Positions 12,941 to 25,955 of a DNA stretch of 64,000 bases are shown here, in pieces. Numbering within the stretch: the stretch's first letter is position 1; each line of letters opens with the position of its first letter. The DNA lies in NCBI GenBank assembly GCA_013265495.1, contig MU063398.1:1116001-1180000 (forward strand). The letters are read 5' to 3'. The stretch comes from Vicugna vicugna. Its lineage: Eukaryota. Below the pieces are notes generated by a model that was not told the DNA's origin, ran no database searches, and was given only the letters and a program-made list of their open reading frames with translations. The translations under genes were made by a program, and so were the position numbers.

Positions 12941-13199
12941 CCACCCTAGCGAAACACTTGCCTACACGCACCAGGAGAGACACAGGCAGCCATGTCTCTA
13001 GCATTGCTCATGATGACAGAACATTCAGTGCAACTGGAACATCCATCAGTGAGAGAGATTTTTAAGGTGTGGTGGGCGTGGCATAGCGATCAGTACAGCA
13101 GTGGGAATGGACGAGCCTCAGCTGTGCACGTCAGCATGGGTGGGTCTCGGGAGTACCGTGTGGCAAGTTGCAGAACACGTTTATTTATATAAAGATGAG

Positions 13200-13461
13200 G
13201 AGAATGTAGAATGGAACAGGAGGTAGGTTAGGAATCCATGCATGTGGTAAACCATACAGAAAACCAGAGGGATGACAAGTATGAAAAGCAGGGTAGTGCT
13301 AACGAGGAGAGGTTCTCGAGAGTACCAGACCATTCTGTGTCTTAAGTGATACAGGCAGTGAGGGGGTATGCAGGTAATTTGTTTTATTACTGTTACTTAC
13401 TTCCTACATGTATCTATGATAGTTCTTCTTTTGTGTACTTGAAATATTTCATAATTTAAAA
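13200..13461 (+). mobile_element. Old L1 (L1ME-like) 3' end
   Basis: Ends ...ttttgtgtacttgaaatatttcataatttaaaa, typical of old L1 3' termini. Confidence 0.55.
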
Positions 13462-14433
13462 CATTGGACTTTCTGGAAGCATGGGGCCCATATTCCCACA
13501 CGGGCAGTTGGGTGGAGCTGAGTCACTGCTGCCTCCTTCAGATGCTAGACAAACTTTTCCGCTTATTACAGTCCTTATCTGCCTACCACCCCCTGCCGTT
13601 CTCCCAGCCTAGCCCATCTCAAGTGTTTTCAGTGGCATTTGAGTTTCTGACCTCCATCCTTGGGGTATTAGGAGATACAACCTGCAGAAAATCACTGTTG
13701 TGTTTTTTGCAAGCAAGTGGGTAAGGATGTTGTTGATGATTCGCGTTGTGTGTGATGTAAGTAACTTCTGTGTGAGAGAAGTACCAGGAATGATTCTTCG
13801 GACTGAATAGTCAAGTCTTTGGGATGCTGTGAATGTGGCCACTGATCATGTTTTCTTCTTTGCCTTGCCTGCTAGGAAGCTCAGAGACAAATGTGGGCTT
13901 ATTGTCAGCTAAACTAGAGACATTGTAACATGTGTGTTCTATTCTAATGTGTTGCTATTGGCTTCATATGTTCTTCTGCCTCTCCTCCCTCCTTTATTAC
14001 TTAATTTTAAAATAGTATTCCATAATACACCTGTTTACAAGTGGCCATTTTATTTTAGGAAAAAGAGGATATAAATTCTAAATTCTCATTTACCTAGAAT
14101 GATGGCAGACTATGGGTTTTTGAGAACATTCTGGAAATCTGAGTCTTATCCAGAATGTTTTATTCGCAAAGCTGCCTTGATCATCTATTTCAGCCGTGTG
14201 GGTTACTAATTTTCCAAGAATGAGAATATAATTAAAATACACTTAACACTAAAATGCAACTGAACATAATTTGATCTTCGATAATTTAGAAGGCAGTTAA
14301 GGAGCTTGCCTTGCCTCAAGGCCATAATTACGAACATCAGTTATCATAGTGTGACACTATAAAAAAACTGGTTATTTTAGCTTTCTGATGATTTGAAATC
14401 TGTAGCAACTAGAATTTAGAGTCAATGTGTGAA

Positions 14434-14553
14434 GTGTATGTACGTGTGAAGTGTGTATATATACATAAACACACATACATATATACATATACCTATAGGA
14501 CCTATATATATATGTATATACACATACATATATATATATACATATATATATAC
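14434..14553. repeat. Degenerate (TA)n/(CA)n microsatellite
   Basis: gtgtatatatacataaacacacatacatatatacatatacctataggacctatatatatatgtatatacacatacatatatatatata. Confidence 0.9.
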
Positions 14554-14954
14554 AATTTTTTTGAGCCCCTACAGATGAATAGCTCATATGTGATTCCGTA
14601 GCTATGAGTGTCAGAACAGGGCAGGCATGTGGGCCATAGTAGAAGGAGTTTGGTCCTCCAAACATTTACCAGATAGTGCCTCCCGTGTGCTGAGTGCTGG
14701 AAGTCTTTGCTTTTTAATTCACTGCAAAATACAGGAATGTAAGTAGATTTTTTTTCTATGTGTTGACTGCCTTGACAGCACAGATTGGTCCCTTATCTCA
14801 GCGTGAAGGGATTAGCGAAGGGGTCACTGTGCCACGAAGTCACACGTCCGTCGGGAAGCAGAGTGTGGGTGGGTTGGAAGGTGGAAAGATCTAAGAAGGC
14901 CCCAAACAGCCTAGTTTGTTTAAGGGGCTTATCTCTTTTTTTCCATCCTTATCC

Positions 14955-15306
14955 TCGTGGTGGGGGGGGGCTGGTGGAGAAGGTGATGGTGGTGTTGCAG
15001 GAGGTGGTGATGATGGTGGTGGAAATGGCCGTGTTACTGATGGAGGAGGGGGTGGGGGTGAAGGTGTCGTTCATAGAGGAGGGGGTGGTGGGGAGGCAGC
15101 GTCATTGATGGAGGATGGAATGTCGGCGGAGGTATTACTGGTGAAGTGGTGGAGGAGGTGGTACCACTGCTGGCGGAGGTAATGGTGGTGGCGGCGGGGG
15201 TGGAGGGTGGTGCTGAGATTCCAGGAGGCCACGGCGTGGAAGTGTTATTGATGGAGTCAGAGGTGGTGGCGGCGGGGGTGGTGGTGTGGGAGGCAGGGTT
15301 GCTGGG
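14955..15306. repeat. G-rich degenerate (GGT/GGA/GAT/GGC)n low-complexity repeat
   Basis: ~350 bp of 3-periodic GGN units abutting a MIR. Confidence 0.85.
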
Positions 15307-15480
15307 TGCCTCATTTACTGAGCTTTTCTGTACAGGCACTGTGCTAAGCACTCTCCACGTATGTGTCTCATTCAATCCTCTCCCACCCAGCAACCCTGTG
15401 AGGGGAGATATGTTTGTATTTTCCGTTTTATAGATGAAGAAACTTGAGGTGTGAGGAAGTTGAGGACATTCCTCAAGAGA
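15306..15480 (-). mobile_element. MIR SINE
   Basis: catttactgagc...caggcactgtgctaagcact...tcattcaatcct...tatagatgaagaaacttgagg. Confidence 0.8.
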
Positions 15481-15601
15481 AGGGAGTGAGCAGAGGTGCC
15501 CCAGGCCTGCATATGGGGCTCGTTCCCTCACCTCCATCAGGTCTTCACTCAGACGCCCAGGGGTGTCTTAGCGGGCCCTTCCCTACCACCCTGTTTTCCC
15601 C

Positions 15602-16075
15602 AGCTTTGTTGAGAGGTTATTGACACATAACCCGTATGAGTTGAAGAGGTGTACAATGTGATGATTTAATGCATATAGAGTGAAATGATCGCCACAGTAA
15701 GGTTAGTTAACACCTCCATCCCCTCGTGAAATTGCCGTGTGTGCGTGTGATGTGAGAACACTGAGGGTCTACTCTTAACGGCTTTCAAGTAGACAGTACA
15801 GTATTGTTAGCCTTAGTCACCATTCTGTACGTTAGATCCTCAGAACTCACTCATCTCGTAACTGCAAGGTTGCCCCTTCCACCAACATCTCCGTTTCCCC
15901 CGGACCCCGGCGGCCACCACTCTACTCTCTGCCCGAGTTCAGTTCTTTTCGATTCCACATCTAAGTGAGACCACGTGGTTTTTGGCCTTCTCTGACTCCT
16001 TTCACTCGGCGTAATGCCCTCAAGGTCCATCCACGTTGTTGCAGATGGCGGATTTCCTTCTTTTTCCAACCACCC
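15602..16075 (-). mobile_element. L1MA/L1MB-type L1 3' fragment
   Basis: ORF 15851-16069 gives ATTWMDLEGITPSERSQ, matching the L1 ORF2-end motif ATTWMDLEGIMLSEISQ; followed by a typical L1 3' UTR. Confidence 0.85.
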
Positions 16076-19000
16076 TGTTTAAAGCTCTCCCCTCTCCTCC
16101 ATGGACAACCATTTGGATCTCCTCTCCCGGCTTTGCTTTTTTTTGTCTTAGTTATCTTCTGACTTTCTGTTTCACCTGCTCTGTCATGCGTCCCATCAGA
16201 ACATAGACTCCACGAGGGCGGGCGGTTTGGTCACTTGCACCACCGCCGTGTCCCCAGCACTGGCGTAGTGCCCAGCACACGGTGGGACTGATACTGGCCC
16301 GAGAGCTTGTGGTCTCTCCACCCCCTCGTGGGAAAAGTGGCCCCAGTGTTGCCAAAACATCTCTTTGTTAAGAGAAGTCACACTTCTGCATTTTTCCTGA
16401 AATCGTAATTTCAAAATGCTAGCAACCGATTTTAATCATAAACACCCAGGGAGTCCAACAAGATACATCGCTTGCTGAATTCAACCTGCTGGCTGCCCGC
16501 TTGCATCCCTCTGCCGGTGCGGGAGAAGCACCTGAGCCCTGTAAGCAGAGCTGTGCGCGGGTTACGCTTACACTTTATGAAGACCACTCAGCAGCCGGGA
16601 CATCCAGACCGACGTGGGGTGAGGAGGCCGGTGTGGTCACGCCACCCAGGGTGGCAGGGATCCCGAGGGCACAGAGCAGAGGGCCTCGAGACCTGGACTT
16701 CCTGGTCCCCAGTGGCAGCATGGCACTTCACTTTGGCGGCCATGTTGCACCATCTTCAGAAAGAGCAGCCGTCGAGGGCCCAGCCTCAGCACAGCCTGAG
16801 GCTGAAGGAAAGCTCAGTGACACCGGTTCTTTATGTGAAACCTTGCTGTTTGGTTCATTATAGATTTTTTGTATTAATTTTGAATTTTCAAAATATTGCA
16901 TGAAAGCATTATTTATCATGATGTCTGATTTGTTGGCACTTCCTTAAATTGTACATCTGACCCCTAGTCACCCCAGTCCCACCCTGGAAAGCAGATTGCT
17001 CTTGACATGGGGACCCATCCAGGCTCTGAAAACCTCTGACACCAGAATTGGTTTCCTAATTAGGCTTCTGTGGGCTTTAAACAGGAAAAAACAGTGTTTC
17101 CACTCAGATTTTGGTCAAATTACTTGCCCCTTTTATGTGGCGAGATGGAATATTGGCATTCTGTAACCTGTGGCGATCTACCACGGGCCTCTAAAGACAT
17201 CTTGCAATTTGTTGAAATAGTGGAATCTTTGACTGGAGAATTAGACTATTACAGAGCTTTTGAAATCTTCGTCCTGTTCTGGCGAAGGCGAGTGTATAAA
17301 TGTCTTTGGATGCATGTTTCACCACCTTCACAGCCGCACTCCCTCCAGTCGAAATTGAAGGCAGCTTGCACGTTTAGTGATGATGGCTCACAGGAGCCCA
17401 GTGCTGATGGCAGAGCTCCCGCCGCCGTGGCCCGGCCCCTGGGGATAATGGCAAGACGTTCGATTTCGCTTCCCCAGCACTTTGGAAATTCTTCAAAAAA
17501 GTTATTAGGGATCTGACAGCCAAGGGCAGACTTGTTAGCCGGGCCGTGCTGTTGGGCTCACCATGACTGCCAGGGTCCTGAGGAGGCGTGGTGCTGGTCT
17601 TGGCGGAGGGTGGGTAGGTAGAGTCGCTGCTTTTCCAAGCTTTGTCTTCAGACTGAGAGCACTAGGGGTTGCAGGAATGTGGTCCTCAAGCGCCTGCGCC
17701 CCTCGCCCCTCGTGAATGGAGGGGACGAGGGAAGTGGAGCACAGTCCTAGAGAGAGTGGCTGTCTGGTGGGACCCAGGCTGGAGTCTTAGCAATGGGCAT
17801 TCCTGTGGTGGGTGGCTGGCCAGAACCAGGCCCCTCCCCTTCTCTGCACCTCAGCATCCTTATTCTTAAGTAGTTGACGAACAGGCTATTCTAAGAGTGG
17901 ATTTCAGAAGAGAGCTCTGGAAACTGTGATGGCTTTGATAACAGGAAGATACAGGTTCAGATTCTGGGTACTCAGAACAACATCAAGTCTAAATTTTCTC
18001 CTCCATCAAATGGGGTTGTGATGCCAACTGCATGACTGTCATGAGGATGAATGATTGTATGTATCAGGTGCTTGGTGGGCCGAGGGTGTGGGGTCAGCGA
18101 GGTGTGGCACCGTCAAGGGGGCGAGGACCCCCGTTTGCTCTCACACATAGGGAGGATGCAGTCCTGTCGTTGAGTGAGGAGGTGCCATGTTGTGAACTGG
18201 AGGAACAGAGTCGCTGCACGTGGAACTGCCGCCACGCTTGTGTTTCATGAACTGGGGAGCAGATGCGGGAGGTCCTGCCACACGAGGGCTGGGCAGGGAA
18301 CGTTTTCCTCATGGTTTTATCCTGCGTGTCTGGAGGCGGGCTGCTTAGCCTCTGTAAACATTTGCTGAAGGCACGTCTAGGCCAAGAAGAGGCAGGAAGC
18401 CGTCAGTGTAGAATCTGTGGGGGCCACTCGGGCTCCTGAGCGGTCTCGTGTGTGTCGCACCCTGGAGTGGCTCTGTCTGCACAGAGGCCAGTGCGCGGCT
18501 TCCTTCTGTCAGGGCTTGGATTTCACACTGATGCGGCTGGGCTGGTCATTAAAATGATGAAATTTGCCCCCACCTGTCGTCAAAGTGCTGCCACCAACTC
18601 CCCGTGTCGTCTTTTACCTCCACAGTGACCTTGACCCTCGGGACCCTTGGCCCATTACCCACCCTGCTCTGAGTGTATTTCACAGCCGGCAGCATAGGTG
18701 ACACCTTGCTGACCCTTGGCCAGCAAATGCCTGCTGTCCCTCTGTCCCCCACCAGCTGGCCCTCCACCTGGTCTCCTCTCCTGGCAGCTTCAGGGACCTG
18801 CAGCCTCTGCTTTGTCTATATTGACTGTTCAGTACTGTGACCATTTTCCCACGGGTCCTGGGGCGGTCCCAGATTTGATTCAGATCGCTAGGTGGCTGCT
18901 GGGGTGCAGCACCACACCGGCCCCCGACAGATACTGTCCTCAACTGTCGTCATCTGTAATTATATGTGTTGACTTGCTCTACAAATTCTTACCAAGTACC

Positions 19001-19759
19001 TACGACATGCCTGGGTGCCAGGGATGAACAGTGAACAGAAGAGAAAGAAACCCTCGACTCGGTAGGTACAAGGCCGATGGCCGCAATGCATGTGTAATAT
19101 TCACTATCGCTATTTACACATAAATGATGTTCCTAGACGGGTACAAATTAAAGACAGTTCTATCAGTTTCTCAGCTGGAGAGTCTTGGCAACACACAAGG
19201 ATATTTTTATGTAATGAGCAGGAGCGCTGAGGTACGGCGATCACAGGTGTGGTTATGTAAGCTGTCGATTATGTCCAGGGACATTAGAAGACGGCCAGCC
19301 TGCTGCGTGGGGAGGAGAGAAGAGTGAGTCACGGACATGCGGGTCACGGTTGGCTGGGGATAATGGGACAAATATGAGTGGTTATGGTGGGGACTACTGA
19401 AAAGGCAGCCTCGCTGTGATAGAAAGCTTGTCTCTCCATGGGGCATCAGCATCAGCAGAAACCGCTGTAAGATAAGATTACCCGACAGGGGTGGCTGGGA
19501 GTGATTTTGGTCTCGGAAGCCCCGCTACCCAAGAGAGGGGAGCGAAGTGGTGGGTTCCTCCTGAGAGTTCTGGGTCTGCTGGAGTTGGGTCCAGCTCACA
19601 AGACCTTCGGTGTAGACAGAGTGCTGTGTTAGCCACTGAGCGGACTCATCCTGCCCCCAAGGTGCTCGAATGGGGACATGCACAGATACACATCTAACTG
19701 GCCGTTCCCCACAGCCCTGCCTGCGCCTGCAGCTGATCACAGAACAGCAGCCTGCAGCC

Positions 19760-20045
19760 TGCCAGTGTTCACTGCCCTGAAGGCGTTACATGCTCTCTGC
19801 CCAGGTGTCTGCCCCTCAGGAAGTCCCTCCTCCCTGATCCTCATCTCCCAAGTCCCCTGCCTCCTCGCATGGTGCTCTGCGCCTCCCCTCCCTCCAACTC
19901 CTTTATTTTCTTCCCAGCACCTGCACTAACGTGTCCTACCTGCCTTTGTCAGCGAGCTCGTCCGCTCTATGAGAGCAGAGATTGCTTTGTTCCCCGTGTT
20001 AGCCCAACACACAGTAGGTCCCTCACAGGCGTGTGTGAATGAAGG
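19760..20045 (+). mobile_element. L2 LINE 3' fragment
   Basis: gagagcagagattgctttgttccccgtgttagcccaacacacagtaggtccctcacaggcgtgtgtgaatgaa. Confidence 0.65.
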
Positions 20046-20214
20046 ACCGCTCACGAGGACCCCGGAGGTGGGGGCGTTGTCCTCACTTTGCAGCTCTCGC
20101 CCTGGGAGTGACGATGAGGCCGGGCCAACTCAGGGCTTGAAATCACTGTCAGTTACCACCTGGCTGGAGGTGTGGCGTGGTTTGGAGAAACTGGCAATTT
20201 CCCTTAGAAAAGGC

Positions 20215-20548
20215 AGTGGATGGATGAACCTCCCGGTAATTATGCTGAGTGAATAAATTCAGACCAGAAGTGAATATTATACTGGATGATTCTGTTTACA
20301 TAAACTTCTAGAAAACGCAGAATCACCTACAGAGACAGGAAGCAGATCAGTGGCTGTATGGGGATGGGCTGGGGAGGGCAGGAAGAGGGGATTAGCAGAG
20401 GGCCTTGGGGAATGGATATGTTCACTGGCTTGATTGTGGTGATGGTTTCATGCGTGTAAACATCTATCAAAACGTACAAATTACACACCTTGAATATGTG
20501 CAGCTTATTCTATGTCAATTATACCTCAATAAAGTTGCTTTAAAAAAA
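20215..20548 (+). mobile_element. L1MB/L1MC-type 3' end
   Basis: WMNLPVIMLSE motif, then 3' UTR ending atgtcaattatacctcaataaagttgctttaaaaaaa. Confidence 0.85.
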
Positions 20549-21179
20549 TTATGAGCAAGGCCAGAACTGCCCAGGGCATTCTGGCAGGCTTAGGAGCAGG
20601 GCCCCACCGCGGGAGAGACTTAAATCCACCCATTCAGGGAAGAACAGCTGTAGTGAGCAGCGCGTCCGCCATAGGGGAAGTTCGTTGTTTCTTAAATAAC
20701 CGCTGTGGAAGGAGGGAAGGAGGCGTATAATGAGATGAGGCTTCCCTGGGAGGACCATCACCTACTTATAAATTGTAGTGAGGGGAAAGTAAATAAGGCT
20801 TCCTTTAAAAAGTTATAAACCACGCTGATCATTTATAATCAGCTCCACAGAGCAAGGATGCATCGCTGAAAAATCAAGCTCTTTGTTTGAAACCCTGTCA
20901 GGCACTCTGAGGAGTTGCTTTCCGGCTTTCTGAAACCCCCCTGAACCAGGAGCTTTTCTTTCCAACCCTTCAGTGCTGCTTCTCCCAGAGGTTGCTGGAC
21001 ACGTGTCAAGGGGTCCTCCACCAGGTTCCATCACAAAGGCGACAGACAGGACCTGAAGGCTCTGGGGAAGCCTCCTGAGCTTCTCCTGGAATCCCACCCT
21101 CCCACTCGCAGATACTGTTTAAAATCTTGCCCAGGTGTTGTTTCCTCCCGGCAGCCCTCCTGGACTACTTGGGCTGGGG

Positions 21180-21420
21180 TAGGTGCCTTCCTCCATCCTC
21201 ATTTCCAGTTTTGTTTTCCCCTTTGCTCACTGACTGCCCTGCACTGGCCTCCTTGCATTTCTTCCCAAAGCCCCTATACTCGCCGTTCTCTCTGCCTAGA
21301 ATGTTCTTCCCAGAGCCGGTGGCTCTTCAGCCTTCAAACCTTGAACTCTCACTTCCTAGAGAGGTGTTTCTGATTGCATGCTCACGGAGATTAGTCTCAA
21401 ACCCTCCATTGTCCTTCCTT
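21180..21420 (+). mobile_element. L2 LINE fragment
   Basis: cactggcctccttgcatttc...ctctgcctagaatgttcttccc...tcacttcctagagaggtgtttctga. Confidence 0.65.
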
Positions 21421-21574
21421 CAGAACCGCGTAGTCTGAATTTCTTGTGTCCTTGTTTGTTGCCTGCCTGCAGTTGGGATGTGAGCTCCATGGAGCAGAGA
21501 GTGGCTGCCACTGCTGTGTCTCTGGCACCTAGAACAGGTGGGCAGCATTGCTGGGGCTTGTTAAAATGAGGGTG

Positions 21575-21910
21575 TTCGTTCAGCTTAACAGAGACAGATG
21601 ATCAGTGGGTTAAATGAGATGAAGTTACTTCTCTCCTACATGAAAGTCTGAGCAGGGAAGTGGTCAGGCAAGTAGGCAGCTCTTCTTTGTGAGAGTATTT
21701 AGAGACCTGGGACCCAGGTTCCTTCTATCTTGTTGCTTTGCTGGCCTGCAGGAAGGGAGAAAGAGATGGGAGAGCCAGCACCTTGGCTGTATGACCCAGA
21801 AGTTGTCCACATCACATATTCATAGTCCTCTCGGCAGAACTTAGTCTCGTGGCCATGCTGAGCTGCAAGGGATGCTGGGAAATGTAGTTTTTCTCTGACA
21901 GCAAGGTGTC
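21575..21910 (-). mobile_element. MLT1 (MaLR) LTR, older subfamily
   Basis: ggcagaacttagtctcgtggccatgctgagctgcaagggatgctgggaaatgtagtt; ccaggttccttctatcttgttgct. Confidence 0.75.
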
Positions 21911-24900
21911 CAGCACCTATGGCATCACTCCATCTCACACTAGAAGGCCTGGAACACTATGTTCCTCTGTCTTCTGAATAGTTCTTGAGTGGTTTATGAA
22001 TTATAATGGAGCAAAACCTTTAGCAAACCGTATATCCTACCACATTGCTCTGGGGCTGGCAGAGGCCCCGTGGGCACCATGTTTTGCCCAATAACAGGTG
22101 TGTCATCTGCTCGAGGTGGATGGGAATAGCAGGTGGAGAATGAGGCTTTCCGCCTCAGGTGGGAGATCCTCGTGTGTCTTGGATACAGACCCTGCCTGGA
22201 GGGAGGAGAGCTGCTTCTGGTGCAGAGAGGATTGAGTTAGGAAGGCAGGACCGTGCAGCTTTATTTGTGTTCTTTCTTAGACAGGAGTGTGGGATCTAGC
22301 AGTTAGAACCTCATTTCTAAGGATGTGTACAGTCATGGAAGCTTAAAAGTTTTGCGCTCCCATCCCACCACTGCAGAAGGACCCTTGTTAAAAGTAACGA
22401 CAATGTTTCCAGCTGTCTTTTGTTGACAGCTGCTGTTTTGAGAGTATGAGCGACAGTTTATCTGTGATGCTGCAGTGACTCATCCCAGGAACTGAGCGAG
22501 GTAGTGATTGAGTACACCCATTTTACAGATGAGAAAACTGATACCCCAGGAGGAGAGGAAATGGTACCGGCAGTAGCCACATGAGGTGTCTGCTCTGCTC
22601 TTGGCACCTGTTAGCTCAGTTGCCTGTAACAGCCCTGTGGGGTAGTGTTGTTGCTTACTTTGTGAACTATCAAGGCATTTAAACAGGAAGAAGGGAGGAC
22701 AAACATTCTTTCTCTTGGAAGTTTCCTGGATGGCAAGGACTGCTTGGGCATAATTAGTTTGTTGGTGGCAGGTTTGCCCTCCAATATGGCCGCTGCCTTT
22801 CAGTAACCAACCCTGACGCAGTAGACATGGCCACGGTCCAACAATGAGGAAAATCGGTGGCTCCAAGGCCAACTTATTGATAGAAAAACCATTCTTCTAT
22901 TCAATGAAATATTGATTGATTAGTGAATAAGCAGACGAGGCAGACACAGAGGACACTTGTTTGTCCCAGCATTCCCAGCAGAGGACCCGAGGTGCACCCC
23001 ATGGCCCAGTCATGCTGGTGGTAGCAGCAGGTGAAGAGTCCCCGATTGGCTTAACCTTATTGTATGTTCCACCCTGGGGCGAGGTGAGGAGCCTCTTGCC
23101 CAGAATTACATGGGGTCCTTGGTGGAAATCAGAGGTCATCACAAGAAAGGCAGGGAATGGCCCCAGCGTGGACAGTAGGTGACCACTGCAGGCCTCGTGG
23201 GATTCTGCCCCGAGGTAAAGTGCAGGGAGTCTAGTGCTGGGGTGGACTGTGTTCTTTGATCGAATGTCCCAATTGATGAAGAGAATCTGCAGTATGCATC
23301 TTTTGTTTGCAGTATACATGGTTAGATTATTTGTAACAAACAAAGCAGAAACCAAAAACCTTCACAGATGACAGGTAAAAATAGAGCTAAATTGTGGAGT
23401 TCTAACATTTCTTTCAGTCCCAGGGGACTGTCTTGAGTGCCCTGATCTGACGACCTCCGGTGTAAGGCTGTTACCCAAGGCTGAGTCATCCCCTTGCCAC
23501 TGCATCTTCACGCCATCTCCTTAGGTCGAGTCATTCCTGTTCTGCTGCCGTGACTTTTGCTGTGTCTGCCCACCAGTACTGATTTGATATTTTCTTTAAA
23601 TTGGCTCTCATTTTTTGCCCAAGGTAAATTTATTTATAAAGAAAGCCAGTATCATTTGCCATCGGGAGAAAATAACTGTGAAAGTACCGCAGTGAATACA
23701 AAACAGCTGTTAGTTTCTGGCCAGATACTGTCACCCACCCAGAGGCAGAAAGGGAGATGAGCAAAGGTTAGAGCAGAGGCAGCCAGCTGAGCACCAGACT
23801 GAATCTCAGAAGAGACTGAGACTGTGCAAAGGGAAGAGCTTGGTCTTTAGGACTCAGCAATGCTCTCTCTGGTGTCCAGGCACCACAGAAAACGATCCTG
23901 GGTTCCGAATTCCTTGCTTGGGGAAACACCAGTCAGGTGGTTGGGCTCTCAGGAAGGATGGACATGAGTTTGAGTACTGACTTTATCCCTTCACTCCTGT
24001 GCCTCAGCCTCTACATCTGTAATATGGGTCTACCTTGAAGGGTGGCTGGGATTAGATGGAATTATATTTTCAGATCTCTTCACACATAACATGTAGTTGA
24101 TAGATGTAAGCTTTTATCATCAGTGGTTTGTTATTTGAGCTGTCCTGTATTGTTTCATGAGTCAGTCCCCTTTCTCAGCATTCCTTGAGCTCTGGGGGGG
24201 CGGTCCCTTTAGTTTCCACTGAGGACCGTATCCTTGGAGCCTCAGAAAACAGAGCAGCTCATCACCAACTGGTCCCTGGATGCTGTGAAGACAGGCCTCA
24301 CCAACACAGATGCCAGCGAGGTCCAGGCCGGGGGCATTCGTGAGGGATAGGGGTCACGGGAGGACTGTGAGGAAGACAGGAGTGTCCAAAGAGGATGGCC
24401 CTTGGTCAGCGCCAGCTGATTCGTGCCCTGGGGGGAATGCTTCTGGCCTTTAAATGTTGGCTCCTGGCTAATGCTTTCCTTCTGTAAATTACACGGGGTG
24501 AGCAAAACTTACTTGTAATCCGTGGCCTGAGCCCATCTGTTTGTTAGTTCCATCCACCACTTTTGCCTCTACGCCGTTGACCTTGAAGCTTAAGTCTTGG
24601 TTGTTCGCTCATTCATAGCTCCTTGGATGGTAAGCAGTGCCAGCAGCACAGCTCGGAGCTGACAAACGATCGTCCTAATCCAGCAGTCCATCTCTCTGGG
24701 AAAATCCTGAAACCTCCCAAGCCACCCAGACATCCGTTTTTACAGCCCCAATAACTCCATCAGGTAATGAAAGATATCGAGGGAAATTAGAGCAGCAGAA
24801 ACGACAAAAGCGAAGTTTCAACCAGGACACAAGCTCTGAGCGACTTCACCCCAAAGGCTCTTTCTCTCTCTCTGGCCCTTTATGTAACCATCCATAACGG

Positions 24901-25777
24901 TGGGTCTGTTACAGCGATGTTGCAGAGCGACCGCCTTGTGAGAGGCACAGAAACCGTGTGATTATGCTGAAGTTTAAACTGATTTTCCTCTGCAAAATTT
25001 TGCCCTCACTAGCACTTTTAGCTCATTTCTGCAGTTCTGAGGCTTCTTCCTAATGGGAAAAGAGAATCAAAATCTAAAATGCCCACGTTTTGACTGTCGC
25101 CATTCCAGTCGGCTCCTCTTGAAAGGCATCTGTCAGAAGGGCCGCATTGTTAGCAGGTCACAGGCGTCTGTTTGCATGGTATCGGAGCAGATTTTAATTT
25201 GACAAGGAAATCTGCCAAAAGCAGAAGCAACAGAAAGCCAGCACGAGGTGACTTGGGAAAGATTTGCTTTGTGCAAGTCAATCGAATGCGTGCTAGCAGC
25301 ATTCCTTTAAAGGTTAATTGTGATACTAACCGTTAGGAAAAATCTAATTAATAATAACAGGGGAAAAAAAGCCATATGTGAGTAATATTGAGGTAGTGAC
25401 AAGGACTTTATAAAATCAAAAATTCAACGTTGAGGTTTAGATTTGATCTTCCAACCTGTGGCCCATTGTTCCCAGGTGGCGAAGCAGATAAAATGCATTA
25501 ATTAAATATTTGGGAAGCACTTTGCTGGCTCTTATTTATTATCTTGTGTGAGGTTGACATGTCGGCAATTCCTGAGAACAAAAGAACCTGCAGAGAATTC
25601 GGTTTGCGCTTTATTTTCTCAGTAGGATTAGTTTAAATACAATTTTTGTCTCTCTCCCCCCTCCCCCCCCCTTTCTTTTTCTTCTTTTCTTCTGTCAGGG
25701 TGTGAGGGGCAGTCAGGGTTGGGGAGAGTCCCGGAAGGGTCTAATAGGGTGGGCGTGGGGTGAGGTCAAGAGCCTGT

Positions 25778-25955
25778 AGCAGGGTCGGCAAACTCTCTGT
25801 GAAGGGCCAGATAGTAAGTTCGGCTTTATGGCCACGTGGCATCTCTGCTGCATCTACTTAACTGTGCGGACAACACAGAAACGAAAGGGCAGGGCTGTGT
25901 TCCAGTAAGACTTGATGTACAAAAACAGGCAACAGGGCTGGAGTTGGCCAACCCC
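25778..25955. mobile_element. MER58A MITE
   Basis: cagggtcggcaaactctctgtgaagggccagatagtaag...gggctgtgttccagtaagactt...gttggccaacccc (TIRs). Confidence 0.8.

Noticed and set aside
15034-15537. 167-aa Thr/Pro/Ser-rich mucin-like ORF (and Gly/Val-rich ORFs on the + strand)
   Set aside because: Translation of a GGN low-complexity repeat plus a MIR; no splice signals or recognisable protein.
15851-16069. L1 ORF2-like peptides (also 52501-52701 and ~20215-20256) as functional proteins
   Set aside because: Short decayed L1 fragments without intact EN/RT domains.
18626-24586. Two TGACCTTGA (ERR/NR5A) nuclear receptor sites at 18626 and 24578
   Set aside because: About 0.5 hits expected by chance for a 9-mer on both strands; two is unremarkable without conservation data.
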